In this document: piece by piece, positions 61,665-64,000 of the stretch
Numbering within the stretch: the first letter of the stretch is position 1
How the letters are laid out: each line of letters opens with the position of its first letter
The notes under the pieces: generated by a model
Database searches by the model: none
Seen by the model: only the letters and a program-made list of their open reading frames with translations
Told to the model about the DNA's origin: nothing
Assembly (NCBI GenBank): GCA_029953675.1
Contig: JAMWBK010000001.1
Span: forward strand, 806,001 to 870,000
Reading direction: 5' to 3'
Length of the DNA: 64,000 nucleotides
From: Rhodosorus marinus CCMP1338
Lineage: Eukaryota > Plantae > Rhodophyta
Translations under genes and position numbers: made by a program

Positions 61665-63249
61665 ACAAGGCAACTGCCACCCCTTGCTTCACCTCCTCGC
61701 GAGGAAAAAAAATTCTTTCGTTCTAAAAATAGCAATTCTGACAAAACTCACCTCCCTCACTCCCCTCCGTCCCGGCCCACTGGAAAGCCGTGAGCACTAA
61801 GACCGCAGAATGCTCATCACTCTACCTCGTCGGTACAAACCAAAACCAAAACACACCAAGCACCCCCTCCACGTCAATACAAGCAAGCCGCGTCCACATC
61901 CGTCCCGATGATCCTAGATCATCTGGTCCTCATGGTCGCCAAAATCGGAACAACAGCAAATCAAAAACCAAACTACAGAAAAGCGAATACGTAGCGAACA
62001 ATCCCTCCCTCCGTCCTCAAAGCGACATCTCATCAAAACATCAAACCCCCCCACCTCCCCCCCCTCCACTTCCCCGCCCTCCCCCAAAAACACGGATCAA
62101 ACTCTCCTCAGAGCACACACTATAAGCCGCACGCGCAGAAACACTGTTCCTCAACACACCTTGCGCACGAAACACATGCCCGCTGCATCCCTTCCTCCCC
62201 TCCCCCACGCCCCTCCCCTCCTCTCCCTCCCACCTCCTTCCCCAACCCAAGATCTTTGTTTCTTCCCGCGCCTTGCCCACTTCTACACTCCCTAATCCTC
62301 TCTCCCAACAAGCCCCACAGACCGGCGAGGGTCTCCACTAGAAGTGAAGAGAAGTGCCCTTACTCCTCCTCCCTCCGTTAAAACTGGATCGGCAAAATAA
62401 ACTAATAAAAAAGGACAGCGCGAGATGAATTCTATGCTATATATACCCAGATTTGAAAGCTTTTGCCATGGGAACCTGTACCCAGTAAGGGGAAAGAACT
62501 CAATTGGCTCACGTTTTGTCTATTTGTTGATTCTAAATTTGGGACAAAAGGATTTTTAGGACGAAAACTAGGTGGGGTGGTTGAGCAAAAGGCCGTTAAG
62601 GTTTTAGTTGACCGAAAAATACGTTCGGTATGTTGATAAATACTGTAATATAGGGAAAAAACATTATTTTATTGCACTCCACCCTTCGTTGGGTCCATGG
62701 CTTTGGTGGTGTTGGGGCGCCAACTAGTCTCGGTAAACTTAAGATGACTAAAATAGTCAGAGCATGTGGGCTGGCTGGCCATTGTTTTCAAAACTGTTCA
62801 CAAATTTGGACAACCCCCAATTTATCCCCGGAAGGAACTGGTACCCCTTCTCTATTCATCCCAAACATGCCTGAGCACCTACAATTCATTAAGTACTCGA
62901 GCGGGTAGCCCCTAAGGGATATGAATGGCCTCCCCGTCCAACACCAAAAAGAGAGAAAGCGGTAAAGCTCTTACGAATTTACTCTGCTAGCTGTTTATTT
63001 TGATGGGAGTAGTTGCGGCCATAGTTGGGTTGCCCGCTTCCCCCACCCCCCCCCCTCTGGAGGCCCTCTTGGTGCTTCAATGAGCAGCGTAATAGACAAA
63101 GCTTAGGGTTGTGGTTCAAATTTTCAGCAGCCAGGAAGGAGTTCGTGGGCTTTTCTAGTATGAATATCCTCGTTCTCGGACAAAGCAGGAACAGCGGAGT
63201 CCAAATTCGCGTGGTGGGATTGTGCACAGATTTCATACTGATGTTCTCT

Positions 63250-63999
63250 TCAATGAGTTCGGTCTCGTCTTTGCTTGTTCCCTCGATTTTTGCAGTAGTA
63301 CTCAATGTCTTTCCAGTACGAAGCCGTGTAGACCTCACGCCACAAGTGTAACGTTTCACGGAGTTCCGTCTTCGCAAGATCGTAACCTTCTTTTGTCTTC
63401 GTGCTATGCCAAGTAGTCCCTTCGAAATCAACTTCTCCCCAGTACTGGCTGAAGAAGTCTGTCAGTCCCTGGTGGTCGTCAACATCAATCTCATAGTCAT
63501 ACTCAACCTCGTCCACTTGACAAAAGTCCACCTGAGGCCATACATGAGGATCGTGTCGGCTAGTAGTTATGAAGTCGTGTAACTCATTAAAAAGCAAATC
63601 CGGGCTCTGTATCCTATATTTGTGGCGGTAGAGCGTGGCCGCCAAGGAGTTCGCGGGATGGTCCAGCTGAAACTTCTGCTGCCACAGTGAGACAAACCTG
63701 TCGACTGGATTTCTATAGATGAAGACCTTGGTGAAGTTTGTCTTCGGCAAGGAATCCCCTATTTTGCCGTATTTCCTGATGAACTGCCTTAATAAATGGG
63801 AAACAGTACGTCGGTTTCCACCATTCCGGGCCAAGTACCTAGTGAACACGTCTGTCAACTTTGTGATTCCCGATTTCGGCGTCACACATATGTACAGCTC
63901 GTTCTCCAAGTCCACAAGGGGCAGTGGGGATCCGTTGAGCCCGTAATCGTACCGCTCCATGCGAGGGGCGGCGGACGTGTAGTCACAGAAATCGACCAC
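63250..63999 (-). CDS. Carbohydrate sulfotransferase (Sulfotransfer_2/CHST8-14-like); 5' end lies beyond the window
   Basis: YICVTPKSGIT (5'-PSB), KVFIYRNPVDRFVS (3'-PB), DPHVWPQVDFC and EYDY motifs. Confidence 0.88.
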   Translation of the reverse strand: MVDFCDYTSAAPRMERYDYGLNGSPLPLVDLENELYICVTPKSGITKLTDVFTRYLARNGGNRRTVSHLLRQFIRKYGKIGDSLPKTNFTKVFIYRNPVDRFVSLWQQKFQLDHPANSLAATLYRHKYRIQSPDLLFNELHDFITTSRHDPHVWPQVDFCQVDEVEYDYEIDVDDHQGLTDFFSQYWGEVDFEGTTWHSTKTKEGYDLAKTELRETLHLWREVYTASYWKDIEYYCKNRGNKQRRDRTH

Positions 64000-64000
64000 A

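Noticed and set aside
62979-63431. 150-aa minus ORF overlapping the sulfotransferase end
   Set aside because: Alternate frame of the sulfotransferase 3' end and UTR; low complexity.
1-64000. CRISPR arrays, tRNA and rRNA genes
   Set aside because: No repeat-spacer arrays, no cloverleaf with T-loop consensus, no extended rRNA-like sequence seen.

Overview
Compact, gene-dense eukaryotic nuclear DNA with many short GT-AG introns (mostly about 40-160 nt) and AT-rich or purine/pyrimidine-skewed intergenic promoters. PAM68, an ABC1 kinase, a GARP factor and a carbohydrate sulfotransferase point to a photosynthetic alga, most plausibly a rhodophyte (inference). About 24 protein-coding genes were reconstructed by eye across introns. 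Most are housekeeping: IMP1, V-ATPase E, NDUFAF7, eIF2A, PAF1, NDP-glucose 4,6-dehydratase, NDRG, a BRSK/SNF1-like kinase, a RAD51 paralog, a ZFC3H1/Red1-like zinc-finger protein, monoglyceride lipase, PAM68, GARP TF, a MARVEL-like protein, ABC1K, TIM50, TMBIM/LFG, SVIP-like, GSK3 and a sulfotransferase. No tRNA, rRNA or CRISPR array was recognised. The least-explained signals are: (i) four abutting hairpins at 36954-37199, including a perfect 24-bp palindrome and an A8/T8 end, a candidate structured ncRNA; (ii) a ~640-bp imperfect fold-back at 30648-31287 whose left arm carries a triplicated ~80-nt unit with peptide-like conservation; (iii) a TKL pseudokinase with C-terminal ankyrin repeats; (iv) an unresolved +1 frame switch in the ZFC3H1-like gene; (v) a decayed LTR-retrotransposon relic. 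Exon boundaries and some start codons are manual estimates, and no database searches were run.
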